Source: Lytechinus pictus (lineage: Eukaryota). From it: 64,000 bases of DNA. Of the stretch, positions 39,101 through 51,851 are shown in pieces (the first letter of the stretch is position 1; each line of letters starts with the position of its first letter). The translations under genes and the position numbers were made by a program. Location: the NCBI RefSeq assembly GCF_037042905.1, contig NC_087251.1:14944001-15008000 (forward strand). The letters are read 5' to 3'. The notes below the pieces were generated by a model that was not told where the DNA came from, searched no databases, and saw nothing but the letters and a program-made list of their open reading frames with translations.

Positions 39101-41877
39101 AAATAAAATTGTCATCTGTACATGATCTTTCACAGAATAACTTTAAATATCCTTGTGATGCTTGTTCGTCAACAAAATGAGAACAAATGTACATGCAGTA
39201 CTTTGGGTTCATTTCTTTGTTGCTAAGAAATTCAATGAAATGCTTTTATTACTGTAATATTTACCCCCATTAATAAAACAATTAAAATGGAAAAGTACTG
39301 AAATACTTTCTTTATAGCAAACATATACCTGCCTACATGCTGTAATTGTATACAGTATAGCTGAGAGTACTTATTCTTTCATCTTCACAATGATACGAAA
39401 CCAAAACTTCCCATTCTATTCATTTTGTTGTCATGTTCATTGATGTTTAAAGGTGAGATACCGGGTATACATGTAGCATACCTGAGGGGACAGGGGGCAG
39501 GATTCCCCCCCCCCCCACCCTCTTAACAGAATTTTGATGACTTTTTTTGTTCGTAAGAAATTTTCCCCCTCCTGACAAGGTTTGAAAGGTATGCTACAGA
39601 TGGTGCCATCAATAATAAATACCTCCACACATACATTTGCATACAGTTTGCATGAAACACAGAACATAACATTGTACTGCGCCATCTCCCAAAAGCTATT
39701 GAGCAAAATAAATCCATGGTGAAAATTGCAAATGGTATAGTACATGCAATTACAATAAGAAGGAAAACAAATTATTTCAAATCATCATAACGATGAAGAT
39801 GATGGTTTAGAATAACCGCATACTGCAGTACCTTCACCAAATGAGAAATTAAGAGAGAGAGAGAGTGAGAGAAGGTGAGTATCTGTGAGAAAGAGAATGT
39901 GAGAATAGGAGAGAGGAAAAGAAGATGGGAGAGGGAGAAAGACACAAAGAGACAAACAGAGAGACAGACTGAAAGACAGAGAAAGAGAAGGAGAGGTACT
40001 GACCTGCAGTAAGCTTAGCTTCTCCCGTTTCACATCCAGCTAATTTCTTACATTCTTGAAGGAGATTTGAGCCAGCAGCTCGATGTATTGCTCCATCAAC
40101 TACAATCACAAAGACGTTATAAAAGAAAAACAGTGTGTTTTTTGGTCATTAGATGTTTATTAAGGCTTCATGCATGCCAGGAACAGAAACCCACCACATC
40201 ATGCAAGAAATGATAGAACCTAGAATTAATAGGAGGTCTGAGTATTATTGGTATGTTCATCCAAGTACAACCCCAATCAGTACCGTTTATACAGTGTAGG
40301 TAAATTGATAGGCTAAGAGTTTGTATATAGTTTGCTGTTTTCCTATTTAAAACAAAGGGAAAACCAAATAATTACATCAGAAAACTGAAACAGATTAAGT
40401 TCATCATTTCAAAATTCAAATTAAAAAAAGCACACATAACTGTGATAGTGTGACTTTCACTTTTAGTGTCAGTTTTGATTTTTTTCATTTTTTATGTTTG
40501 AATACAATTAACAGAAGATGGAAATATACACAAACTATTCTCTTAATGTTACTGCAATTGATTGATCCAAAACGGGAATAAAGTTATACAAAATGCTCAA
40601 ATAAAAACAAGGTTTTATGTTTTCTGCATCAATTAATATCATATAGAAATAAAAACTAGATTAGAAATAAATGTAAAGAGCAAATAGTAAAATTAGCTAA
40701 ATTATGCACAATTAAAACAAGAATCTTACCTCCTCCGCCTCCTAGTAGTGATCTATTAGCTGCGTTAACGATACAATCAATGTCTAGCTTTGTAATATCT
40801 CCTTGCCATACACTCACTCTATTATTCAGGTTGGCTTTAGCTGCTGATGTGGACTCTATTAAAAAAAAACATACCCAGTATGAGAGGAGACAAATTTGTA
40901 GATGAAATCATCAAAAGATTTAGTCCTAGATATTGATGGTTGTTCGCCCCCCCCCCCCCCAGTCAGTTTCCCCTCACCACCAAGCATTGTTATACTCCCT
41001 CATTGAACAACTCTTTTTCTTGGGGGGGGGGGTCTACAATTGGGAGATTTGTGGTCTTGTGGACTCTTGTCTATCAAACACAGGGCAAAGGGTTCAATCT
41101 TAGTCATGGCATGTTTTCCTTCAGCAAGGTATATACCCACACTGTGCTGCAATCAACCCAGGTAAGGTAAATGCCTGGGTGCCTGGCAGAATTATTTAAA
41201 GTTCCCTGGGCACTGGAAATGGCAGCTGGAGCTAACGCCAAGGTAACAATAATAGTGGGCCTTGGAATAGACTAGTACATGTATCTAGATGGAAGGCATT
41301 ATAAATACAAATATCTATTATTTATTCTAGCAGTATGAAACCATCGTAATTAGCTTGTTGTAATAATACTGTATTCTACATTATACAATATTAACAATAA
41401 AGAGCAGAAATTTATTCTGCTATTTTATCAATGTCACTATCATATTAATATTCTCTTAACAAAGTAAGAAAAATTAGGCATTGATATCACTGCATTGCTA
41501 GAATGTGTGTGGTGGATGTTTCACCAAATGTTCCAAGAGATGCATTATCTGGCCATTTAGATTTAGACTACAGCTTGTTAAACATAAGTTTGTACTACAG
41601 ATGTGAGGATATGAGACTTAATACTCTTTGCACGTAGCAGCCCTATCTCAACTGCATATTCTAGCCATTTAGATGTACATGTATACCACAGCTTATTAAG
41701 TTAATAAACAGGAGTTAAAAATAAAGGTATAGGACTTACTCTTTGCCTGTGGGGCATCCAGTCCCATGTCATCTGCATACTCTGGCCATGTTAAGACGTC
41801 TCTCAGATCTACCAGATCTTGTCTGTACCACCTTGCTTCCTCAGCCTTCTCATCCAATGTCTTACTCAGATACAGAG
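30095..41877 (-). CDS. MACROD: MacroD-type mono-ADP-ribosylhydrolase (MACROD1/2 homolog), 5'-partial gene model
   Basis: complement join(41740..41877,40730..40855,40004..40099,38949..38969,38305..38658,33465..33538,32437..32521,30095..30138). Motifs [53 protein letters not shown]. Start codon not located. Confidence 0.92.
30678..31853. mobile_element. Non-autonomous TIR element (cagg...cctg) with cttgccc subterminal motifs
   Basis: cttgccc/gggcaa motifs cluster at both ends, flanking direct repeat cattta, internal purine tract and GC-rich core. Confidence 0.6.
31890..32180. repeat. 13-bp minisatellite (GACTGGTACTAAT)n, about 22 copies
   Basis: Tandem array read directly. Confidence 0.95.
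32437..32521 (-). CDS. MACROD: MacroD exon
   Basis: [28 protein letters not shown], cag/gtaaga. Confidence 0.93.
33465..33538 (-). CDS. MACROD: MacroD exon
   Basis: [25 protein letters not shown], cag/gtaagc. Confidence 0.93.
33605..34543. mobile_element. TTAA-flanked MITE (Kolobok-like)
   Basis: Perfect 16-bp TIR ggacgttccacagtta / taactgtggaacgtcc between TTAA sites. Confidence 0.85.
35437..36241. mobile_element. DINE-1/HINE-like element with four ~156-bp tandem units
   Basis: IR gtctcgcccac / gtgggcgagac, (GACG)n, terminal hairpin and A-run. Confidence 0.75.
36579..37576 (+). mobile_element. Hairpin-ended element, copy B, plus two head-to-tail 268-bp deleted copies
   Basis: Units start at 36581, 37041 and 37309. 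The last two are near-identical. Confidence 0.8.
38053..38273. mobile_element. Short MITE
   Basis: TIR ctgggggtgtttcacaaaga / tctttgtgaaacactcccag. Confidence 0.7.
38305..38658 (-). CDS. MACROD: MacroD exon with charged insertion
   Basis: YVLHTVGP...CY...[15 protein letters not shown], 354 nt open. Confidence 0.93.
38949..38969 (-). CDS. MACROD: MacroD 21-nt microexon
   Basis: GYLLPAR(Y), strong polypyrimidine tract plus cag, donor gtaagt, supplies the conserved GY.LPA.Y motif. Confidence 0.88.
40004..40099 (-). CDS. MACROD: MacroD exon
   Basis: [32 protein letters not shown]. Confidence 0.95.
40730..40855 (-). CDS. MACROD: MacroD exon
   Basis: [33 protein letters not shown]. Confidence 0.95.
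41050..41325 (+). mobile_element. Degenerate tRNA-derived SINE
   Basis: B-box-like gggttcaatc, body motif tcaacccagg...aaatg.ctgggtgcctggc, (att)-rich tail. Confidence 0.5.
41740..41877 (-). CDS. MACROD: MacroD exon, N-terminal region
   Basis: [33 protein letters not shown] resembles the MacroD N-terminal extension, tag/gtaagt. Confidence 0.8.
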
Positions 41878-43807
41878 CTAGTAAATTCAAATGCAAAGGA
41901 AGATTATTCACCAAGAGCAAAATATAGAATCAATAGAAAAAATTTTGAGAAGCAATCATACTAACAATAGTAATAATAATAATGCATCCCATAATGAACA
42001 TGATGTTCCTCTATGCACTTAAAAAAAAATAATTATGTAAAAAAGAAATATGAGTATATACATGTAGGCATAGGAGGCGGAAGCGGGGGGACCTGTCCCC
42101 CCTTAAATTTGAGGTGGGGGGACGGTCCCCCCCCCTAAATTTTTTGTTGATCACCTTTCTTTTTGCTTGTCAAATTTTTTACCTGTGTCCATCCCAAAAT
42201 TTCAGGTGGACCCCCCTAATTTTTTGGCTTCTGCCGCCAATGGGCATAGGGGGAAAAAAACTTGAATAGTGCTGGTGTGTTATCAACACAATATATCCAA
42301 TGATCAATTCATAAATTGTTTTACTGTGGAAATCATGATCAATTATAGAACATTGTTGATCTCATCAATAACCCTCGAGATCAAAAGATAACTATAATTT
42401 AAGTACCGGTAATGTTTTAAATAGACCTCTTACAGTACAAGACATGCTTATGACAATTGAACGTATATCTACCAATATTTATCCATTTATCAATTGTTGA
42501 TTGAGCAATTTTTGTCAATTAAAATCACAAATTTATGTAGTTATAGGACATACATGTAGAACTAGTACAACCTCGTTTCTTTATCAAAAAAATTCTACCA
42601 ATGAATTTGAACTTTATTCCACCTTTTTTGGTCATGTGAATATCAAGATATTGAGAGAAAGAACCAAACTCAAACTTGAAGTTGGTGACATTTTTGTCTG
42701 TTTGTCTACCTGTCTCTCCATATATATCTGTCTCTCTACCCCCCCTCTTTTCCTTTCTCTTTCACTCTCTAACTCTCTTAATTACTTACTCAATCAATCA
42801 AGAATTGGTTGATCAATCTTTGAGACCCTATATACACCGTACATGTACCTTTCTCACTCTTACAGTAATCCTCATTTTTATACCCTCAAGAGCATTCTCT
42901 GCCTCCACCTTTATAGGCCCTCAAATGTTTAAAATTGATTAAATCTCTTTGTGCTTGAATGGTACAAACAAGAAGCTCATTACACTCAAAACAGAGAGGT
43001 GAAAAGGTGTATTTCACACATAACTTCTTTTCCCTAGAGTATATGCAATAAGTTTCATCAAATAAGTTTTTACCGAAAGGGAAACAGGGATGAAAATAGG
43101 TTTGCTACATATATATAAAAGTATTTTGCAACTTTCAGTAACCAATCACCATGCGTCATAAACAAAGACAGCTGAAATTATCCTTATACACAATATATCA
43201 CTGCAAAAGAGTTCTAAATGACAATACAATATTGCATAAAAAGAGTTTTAAATGAAAATCAGCAATGATGATAAAATTAGCATGTACAAAAAAAATACTA
43301 ACCATATATTCACTGATGACTCATGATTACATAATGAGCAATCGTCCATGATGGAATATAAAAAGCTTCATTAATCATTTGCTTTTAATAGAATGAAGTT
43401 GACTTACTGTTAGAAGTAAACTTTAATCTTTGATTCTATCTTACATGTCTTATGTTAATTAAAGAAAAAAAATGAACCTCTAACAATTTTAAACACAATG
43501 ACAAAGTATTAATCATGATAAGCAATAAAAAAAAGCTGACTATATTAATGAGTACACTAAGGCCACACCCATATCACACCCACTCCTAGTACCAATGAGG
43601 TCCAAACATTAGCATGTATGGACCTCATAGGCGACAATGCGTTAAAAACAGGTTAGAACTTCTAACCGTACTGTTTTCTGCTCCCAAGTATGATATTACT
43701 CCCAAAATATGAGTTTTGTCCTCGTTTGTTTATCATTTATTAAAAGATTGCCCATTAAATATATTCCTATTCCTAATTTAAATTTAATAAAATAAAGGGA
43801 AACTTAC

Positions 43808-44292
43808 ATTTGAGTCCTTTTTCGATCTTTTTTTGGCAGTCAGTCCGGTCACCGTCGAGTGCGATCAAAGCGGTATGAAGCTGATTTTCAGATCACGTGA
43901 TACGTGTAGTCATCACCTGATCGATCGACTATCCTTTTTTAAAGACCGCAACAATTATAAATTTTATTATAAAATATATATAGAATAAATTATTGCATGA
44001 TATTATATATATTTCTACAATTAAAAAATATTTTGGGATATAAATTTAATATTTGACGTAAAAATCGCTATTAAGCAAAATATTTATTAAAAAATAAAAA
44101 ATCAAACAAAATAAAAAAGCCTTGGAGACAGTGCAAAAAACCTAACGATTTGGCCGCGTTGTTAACAACCATCGTAAGGGGCGCTTTATTTATAAATAAA
44201 AAAGAATATGCAGCTGTCTATGGCGACGTGGTTTGTCGCAAGATTTGAGACAAATCCGTGGGAATTCTTGAGAAAATACATCAAAAGAACCG
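43808..44292. promoter_or_regulatory. Putative bidirectional promoter with first exons of MacroD (-) and RNASEH2C (+)
   Basis: Divergent donors: gtaagtt on - at 43807 and gtgagt on + at 44293. CpG-rich patches flank an AT-rich core. Palindromic E-box ATCACGTGAT at 43892-43901. Confidence 0.55.
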
Positions 44293-46137
44293 GTGAGTAC
44301 CGATTAAACATTATTAAAGTAGTTAATAGATTATACATACCTTGTAGATATAGTTTTGAAAGTGATATTAGTGCTTAGTTCTAAGCTAGGGCGGCCCAAA
44401 TGCGCGTGAGTGGAGTCCCAGTTTATTAACACGGGTAAGTATTGCGGTGTCGCCTAGAGTGATCACACCCCTAGCTCCCCCCAAAAAATGAATAAATAAA
44501 AAATAAAGTCTAAACCTTCTCCTGATTTAGTGATGAAATATACTTAGCCTTTTTTTTAGGCCTACCTCTTGTTTTCTTAACTTTGGCCAGCGATCCTGAT
44601 GCTGGTTCGTCAGTGTAGAATCGCCTGAGACTTGGGGGCAAGAAGTCTTCCATGATACCAACTTTTGATGTAAGTGGACCGAGGATGCTACAACAGATGC
44701 CTGCAAGATTGACGAATGGTCGAAAATAGCTGCAGTGTTTTGAACGGAGATGGAGCGGCCAGCGCCAACGTACAGCAGCAACGGGATCGGGAAAACCTGG
44801 CGAAGTAGACACCACCGAAATCCGTATGGAATGTGTGATTTTGCGATAAAGTATCTTTCTCACAGTTGAATGCATGGATGAGGGGTAGGTAAATCCTCTC
44901 TTGAGCTTGCTTGTTAACAGTTGAGTTAATAATAATAACGAGCGCTAGAGCTGGAGCTCGCTCGACAGGGGACTTTCCATGTTTACAAAGTGTAAAGAGG
45001 TGACACGGAAGCGAATCGGGTACGGTACTGTCAACTCTATGCCTGTGGGTATACTGTACACAAAGCTGGCGCGCGCTTTGTATTTGGTATCGCGGGAAAT
45101 TCATCACTGCATCCATCATCAGCAGCTCCGATCCGCTCCCCGGCCTAGCTCCAAATCCAGAGATCCCAGAAATCGGTATGTTAACATTTTTTCATGTTTC
45201 CACACGTATTCTTGAATCTTATTGTGAATAACTGATCGCTTGATCATGACCAGTAATTGATTAATGTTAGGCCTAGTTTCTAATGTTAAACTTTTCAAAT
45301 CCTGACCTGAAAAAAAAATGTCAGGCAGAAGCCAGAAATGGAAACTGGAATGGATTGTCAATTGTCATTGATTAACGAACAGTTAACTTGTTTAGACCAA
45401 AAGCTTCAGTCTCAAGTTGAGTCTCTCTACATTAGTTGTTCCGCTGAACTAAAATGGGAATCATAGTAAAATGTTAGAAATTGTTAATGAATCCCCAGAT
45501 ATGCAGAAACAACTCTGCATGCATACAGTAATAATAAATTCACCAGACTAAAAGTAAAACCATCTAGATGGAGTGACCAGGAATTACAGGCCACCGCCTT
45601 CTTCCTGTACCAGATGATGATGATGATACTATATTCCTGTCTATGATACTTTGATAGGTCTAATGATGATTGATCCTTCATGATTTGATGATTGAGTCAA
45701 TTGACTTGTTGCGATGATTGTGGTTGTGTTGTGACTGCACGCAATCTTGTCGCTTTCAAAACTGGCTTGGATAAACTCTGGCAAAGCAAACAGTTCTATA
45801 GACCTTATCGCAAATAGATTCACGCAAAGGATCATGGGATAGAAAAGGGGGCAATAGCACTGCTATTGTCCGGATGCGACCATGCGAACGCTAGCAGCTG
45901 ACAATATAATGTACGATTTCCATAGAGTATCAAAATATAATCGACGCCCGCAGCCACTCATTCAATGAAAATGGTTTTATGATATAACCTTGTTCTCTGT
46001 TACTACTCCATGTGTGGCAATATATCATATAACGTTGTTCATTGAATGAGTGGGCAAAATAAGGTATTATTTCATAATTTCTCTTTTCCTTTCTGACAGA
46101 CTAGCACAGATCAGAGATTCTATGACTAAGTGACAGC

Positions 46138-46291
46138 ATGGCTTTGTGTGTCGATGGAAAATCACTTGAGAATGTTGGATGCGCAGACCTTCGCCTGATG
46201 CCATGCACGATAGAAGGAGATGGAGAGGCCAATGTATCTCAATTCTTTACACCTGCTATCAGACAGAATGAGGAAAGCCCAGGCACAACAG
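46138..46291 (+). CDS. RNASEH2C: RNASEH2C coding exon 1
   Basis: agcATGG start, MALCVDGK...FFTPAIRQ, donor gtttgt. Confidence 0.9.
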
Positions 46292-49254
46292 GTTTGTCCC
46301 TCTCTTGGTGGTGATAATGATGATGGTGGTGGTTGTGGTGGTGGGGATAATGATGATGGTGGTGGTGGTGGTGGTGGTGATTGTCATGATGATGATGATG
46401 ATGATAATGTTATAATAATTCAACGAAAGTAATAGTGATAATAATGATATTGATGATAAATATGATAACATTAATTTTAACAATGGTTTTTAATGAAATA
46501 TCAAGAGCAAATCACAATTATATACATTGATAATATTCATATTTATAATATACCTCAATAGAATGAAAGTTTAGAGAGTCAGTATTTTGGAAGATTATTT
46601 TCCTGTGAAATGCGACACAATAAATATTTTTCAAATAATATCTGTTCTCTTCCGAACATTATGCCCCCCAAAATTTTTTTTTAAAGATTTTGAAATAAGT
46701 ATACAAAATAATATAAAAAGAAAGTATCTTATTTGCTTTTTCAGCAGGCATGTTTAGTATTAAATAAAAAATGTTTTCTTTCAGGTCAGCAGGTATCATT
46801 CCGAGGGAGACTCCTTAGAGGTCAAGAGATTCCAATCCCTGAGGGATATAAAGGTAAACAAGAAGATATATTACAGGAAAAATTTCCCATCAATTAAAAC
46901 AATTAATGGTACTCGATGGTTTGCCTACATATTTATATATTTAAATGAAATGGAAGGATACAGACAAAACATTTATTAGTTTACTATCTTTCAAATTTAG
47001 TCCATTTACACAATAAAGCCTCCATATTTCAAGAGTGGAGGTTCTTGATACTTCAAGAAAGATAAAGAAATTCACCCTAAATGGCGTAACTACATTAATA
47101 AAATTTGCAACCCTAAATGGCGTAAATATCGAAATCGATTAATTTGACACCTACTGATGATGTTAAATTGATTTTGAATACAACAGGCATAAATTCAATT
47201 TTTTGAAGTTATTGAAAGTAAGGCCAACATGATTACTCTCAAGGACAGGACACCTCTCTTAGCCACTTTGAATAGCAATCTTTTAGCCTAAATTAATGAA
47301 TGCAAGTGAAAAATGTTGCTTGACTGACTGATGCATCATTTACCATTCGTTTTACCAATTTTATCAAAACTTGCCAAAAATGGAATCCATCTTACCAGTT
47401 AATGTGTTGAAAAATACATACATTAATTAAACCTGTATTTTCTTTTTAAAAAATATTGATAATGAAAAACCAATCAATATTATGAATCAAACAAAAAAGA
47501 CAAAAAACAAAAACCCAGCATTACCAACATAATACATTTCCCCTATACATATACAGGTAATCTTGTGTATCTAGCTATAGGACTGTACGGGGGTAACTTT
47601 CATAAGTGCTGCGCTGGCCAGCGTGTGCGAGGATTCCCTTTAAAATCACGCCCTTCATAGTGTTTATGGCTTAGGTCTGCTCTCGGGTCTCCTCAAATTT
47701 ACCCAAATTTGCAAGCCGAAATGGCGTAGATCTACTCAAATTTGCACCCCTAAATGGCGTAATCTTAAATACCAAATTAGCAACCCTAATAGGCGATTTA
47801 CCAGCGAATGGTGCTGAAATGCAACCCTTTTTGCCAAAGACGTCGATGCCGCCCGAGTGCCTGAAACGGGACCCTTTTCGACGCTTTTTCTGAACACGGG
47901 TGCGTAGCAGGCCATGTGGAGAGTGACCCCCCCCCCCCCTGGGGCTGAAAGGAAATTAAGATAATTGTCTTTATTAGCAGTATTTGTTTTTGACAAGTTC
48001 TGTAGTACAAGCTCCAGTATTTAGGGTATCAGAAAATATTATATTAATTTATAAACAGACAATCTTTAATGACTGTCGGTTTTTAATATTTTGTCCTTTT
48101 ACGGTGTATAACAGATTATTTACAGTTGGCTGTTATGTACTAATATGTTTTAATCCTATTTTGTATTTTGACTCTTGATTTAATAGGTGTTATTCTGAAA
48201 GAGCCTAGTAAACCTTTCACTGAAGATGAGGTAAGTTAGCATGCCTTTCAGGTACTTGTGGAAAAGGATTCATATTCTTCATAACTAGAAGGGTTTATTG
48301 TATGTTACCAATGGTGAATGACCAGTATTGTCATATTTGATATTTATAATTTTCAAGTATAAACTGCATTTTCAACCAAACTGTTGTGTTCAAAGTGCTC
48401 TTATTATCTCTGCCTAGCTGTTACAGGTAAAGTCCTCACAATTTTTCAAGGAATTTTTTTTTTTTCTTACTATCAGCAAGTATCAGTTAATTATATGCAA
48501 TTAAATTGTTAAAGAAATTATGATACATCTGATTTGAAATATTCAATATAATTTTATTTCTTTTTATTCACCTTTTGTAAACCAAATTTTTAAATCTAAT
48601 CATTCTGAAACTCTATCCTAACTGATTCACATCTTCTTTCAATGAAGGATCGTACTTTAAAAGCAACCCACAGTTTTGACAAGTTTACCTACTGGAATTT
48701 GGAAACAGCACCTTCTACCAATGACACGATTCAACGAGCCTTGGCATGGACCAATATAGCTTCTGCAGTGAGTTTTATAGGTTTCCAACATTCCATTTCG
48801 AAGTAAAAATCTTTGAGAAGACAATGCAAGTATAAAATGTCATACAAATTCATAATATGCAGATTTTTCAATTGTGTATAAAGAATTTGTTTCCTTAATA
48901 TTTTTTGAGAAAGGGAAAAATCTGTGAAGAAAAATTATCTTACATAATGTCTAGGAATAGTGTTTTTATATATTTTTTTAACATTAGTGAAGTACATGGA
49001 GGTGCTGTTAATGGTCAAATAATGAATGCTTGATTAAAAAGTGTCTCACATGGTTTTCAGAACCAGAAAGGGGAGGGGGCTTTAAAGTATTTTTAATGTT
49101 TGTAAAGATGTGTAATTCAGCCATTGTCTACTGATCATAAAAAAGTATTTAATGATAAACCATTAATATCTTTTTTTTTCTTCAGATACACAGTCCTGTA
49201 TCATCTGATAAGCCATCCCTGGAATCCCAGGGCAGTGTAGCTGGCTGTAGATGA
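46138..49254 (+). CDS. RNASEH2C: Ribonuclease H2 subunit C, whole gene model, 151 aa
   Basis: join(46138..46291,46785..46853,48187..48230,48648..48767,49186..49254)=456 nt. Motifs LMPCTIEGDGEANVSQFFTPAIRQ, VSFRGRLLRG, FDKFTYWNLE..P, ALAW..IASAIH. Confidence 0.92.
46307..46470. repeat. (GGT)n/(GAT)n compound microsatellite
   Basis: Read directly. Confidence 0.9.
46785..46853 (+). CDS. RNASEH2C: RNASEH2C exon
   Basis: QQVSFRGRLLRGQEIPIPEGYKG. Confidence 0.93.
48187..48230 (+). CDS. RNASEH2C: RNASEH2C exon
   Basis: VILKEPSKPFTEDE, tag/gtaagt. Confidence 0.88.
48648..48767 (+). CDS. RNASEH2C: RNASEH2C exon
   Basis: DRTLKATHSFDKFTYWNLETAPSTNDTIQRALAWTNIASA. Confidence 0.92.
49186..49254 (+). 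CDS. RNASEH2C: RNASEH2C terminal coding exon
   Basis: IHSPVSSDKPSLESQGSVAGCR*. Confidence 0.88.
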   Translation: MHSPVSSDKPSLESQGSVAGCR

Positions 49255-50160
49255 AATTCAACCGTTCCAATTTACACCTACCTGAATACTAGTGGTCAGA
49301 TTCAACCTGATTTCATGATGCCACTGTGTTCTCTTGATGCCAGGCGTTTCCAGCTTACTTCAGAGAACCATTTCATGAAGGTTTTCAGCACCGACAAGTT
49401 ATTATTATTGGATAAATGTGAAGGAGATTGGATAGTTAACATAGAAGCAGTCAGATATCTGTGCCTCTAAGTCAATCAAAAGCAAAGGCATTTGTCCGAT
49501 GAAAAAAGTGTTGATGAATACCCTTCAGTATTCTGATACTACAGTATATTAGCCATGATGAGAAACAAAGTCAAGTCCCACAGCAATACTTGGTAGTTCT
49601 TAAAAATTCAATTGGAATCTATTTTGTTGATTCTCGGCCATTGTATTATATGAAGATGAAGGAGTCATTGTGACTTATCTCACTTCTAAGTTACTATACC
49701 TTTCAAGATGTGAATTGTTTTCCTGCCAGAGACTCTGTAGGGAGGGTGTTTGATATACCTTGTGACATGTAATTATTTATGTCATATTGATTGATAGTAC
49801 TGTGAATTTCTTTATGATTAAATTTTGTATGTAAAAAATGTAGATGAATTGTGCTTGTCATTTTAACTTCATAAGTCTCATTTTATGGTTAATTACTGCT
49901 TAATTAGCAGATGTTATTGAATTGTAATATATATGCATGTATATTTGCTGGCTTGTCAGCAAGCAAGTTGACCTGCCACAAAATTCTTGGAGGATTCTTG
50001 TGGTTTCTCCCTCTTATAGTATGCTAGATACCGTAATATATTTGATTATTATTTAAGGTGATTTTTACTCTTCCTAATCTCTGTTTCATGTTGAACCCAA
50101 TATAAATGGAGTTTTTTTTTTGCCAAAAAATAGCCCTATACCTGCTCATTTGATGTGCCA

Positions 50161-51613
50161 TTTTTAGCTCATCCAGTCCGAATGGCAAGATGAGCTTATA
50201 CCGTGGCGTGGCATCCATCCACAATTTAAAAATGCTTCTTCTTTGCCATTTCAATTCTGTTTGCTTTATATGATAGCACTAGGTGGGGGATTCAAAACTT
50301 CTACACAGAATTTTGAAACTCATTAAATATGCTAATTTATGCACATTTTTAAAAATTCACAAAAATTGCTCCTTTATTTGTTGACCGATTTTGAATTTTT
50401 TGCTTCCATCTGGTAGAGCTTCATGAGGTTCACCAAATTTCTACATAGAATTTTAAAATTTTGACTAGAACAATTTTTATGCTAATTCATGCGAAATTAA
50501 TTTATGCATATTTTTAAAAATTCACATAAAATGCTTCTTCTTTATTTGTTGACTGATTTTATTTTTTTTTTCTTCCATCTGGTAGAGCTTCATGAGGTTC
50601 ACCAAACTTCTATACAGAATTTTTAAATTTGGAGTAGAAAATTATTTATGCTAATTCATGCAAAATTCATAAATCACAGAAAATGCCTCATCTTTATTTG
50701 TTGACTGAATTTCAAAATGCTTCTTCTTCATCATTTCAAGTCTGATTTCAATTCTGTTTGCTTTATATGATAGCATTAGATGGGGGATTCATAACTTCTA
50801 CACAGAATTTTGAAACTCATTAAATATGCTAATTTATGCGTATTTTTAAAAATTCACATAAAATGCTTCTTTAATTGTTGAACGATTTTGATTTTTTTTT
50901 TCCATCTGGTAGAACTTCATGAGGGTCACCAAACTTCTACACAGAATTTTGAAATTTTCAGTAAAAATTATTTATGATAATTTATGCGAAATTTATTCAT
51001 AAATCACAGAAAATGCCTCTTCACCTTTGTTGACCGATTTTGATTTTTTTTTTCTTCCATGTGGTAGAGCTGCATGAGGTTCACCAAACATGTACACAAA
51101 ATTTTGAAATTTTTTCTACGAAATAATTTGCTAATTTATGCAAAATTTATTCATAAATCACAAAAAATATTTTTTCTTCTTCATTTGTTGATCAATTTCA
51201 ATTGTGTTTGCTTTATATGATAGCTCGAGGTGGTGATACAAAATTTCAACACAGAATTTTGAAACTCATTAAATATGCTCATTTATTCATATATTTTCAA
51301 AACTCACAAAAATACTTATTTATTTGTTGATTGATTTTGATTATTTTTGTTCCATCTGAGAGCTACATGAGGTTCACCAAGGTTCTACACAGAGTTTAGA
51401 AATTTTAACTAGAAAATTATGCTTAATTTATATGAAATTTATTCATAGATCACAAAAAATGCTTCTATGTCATTTCTTCATCAATTTCAATTCTATATCC
51501 TCAATTTATGTCACCAATATAATTCACTACAGTGTCAACTGGGCTCAAATTAAAATTGTGTTAAATTTAGTTGCGAGATGCCGGATGAGCTCCACATCAT
51601 TGATGTGCTAGTT
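50161..51613. mobile_element. DINE-1/HINE-like element with internal tandem repeats, downstream of the RNASEH2C stop codon
   Basis: T-run, hairpin agctcatc..gatgagct, repeated units with catgaggttcaccaaa, subterminal IR ggatgagct, end ctagtt. Confidence 0.72.
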
Positions 51614-51694
51614 TCTCTTTGAGGTGTAACATACATGTACTAGTATAGTGCACATCTTCAAATATACTGTGAGCCATAAATTCAGTGAGATTTA

Positions 51695-51851
51695 TACCTC
51701 ATTCACATTTGCTCTACAGCGGCTGCATGGCGAGTCAAAAACAGCCGTTTTAACATTTTTTGTAAGAGCTACATTTTGGTGGTTTGAATAATAATGAATG
51801 GCTGTTTTCGACTCGCCGTACGGCTGCTGTAAAGCAAATGTGACCGAGGTA
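51695..51851. mobile_element. PIF/Harbinger-like palindromic MITE
   Basis: About 60-bp inverted arms, tta/taa flanks. Confidence 0.7.

Noticed and set aside
42849..42920. Candidate MacroD first coding exon (..EDYCKSEK, phase 1 donor)
   Set aside because: In-frame TGA upstream, no ATG in that frame and no convincing acceptor. Left unresolved.
46220..46483. Gly/Asp- and Ile/Thr-rich ORFs
   Set aside because: Microsatellite translations in intron sequence, out of frame with RNASEH2C.
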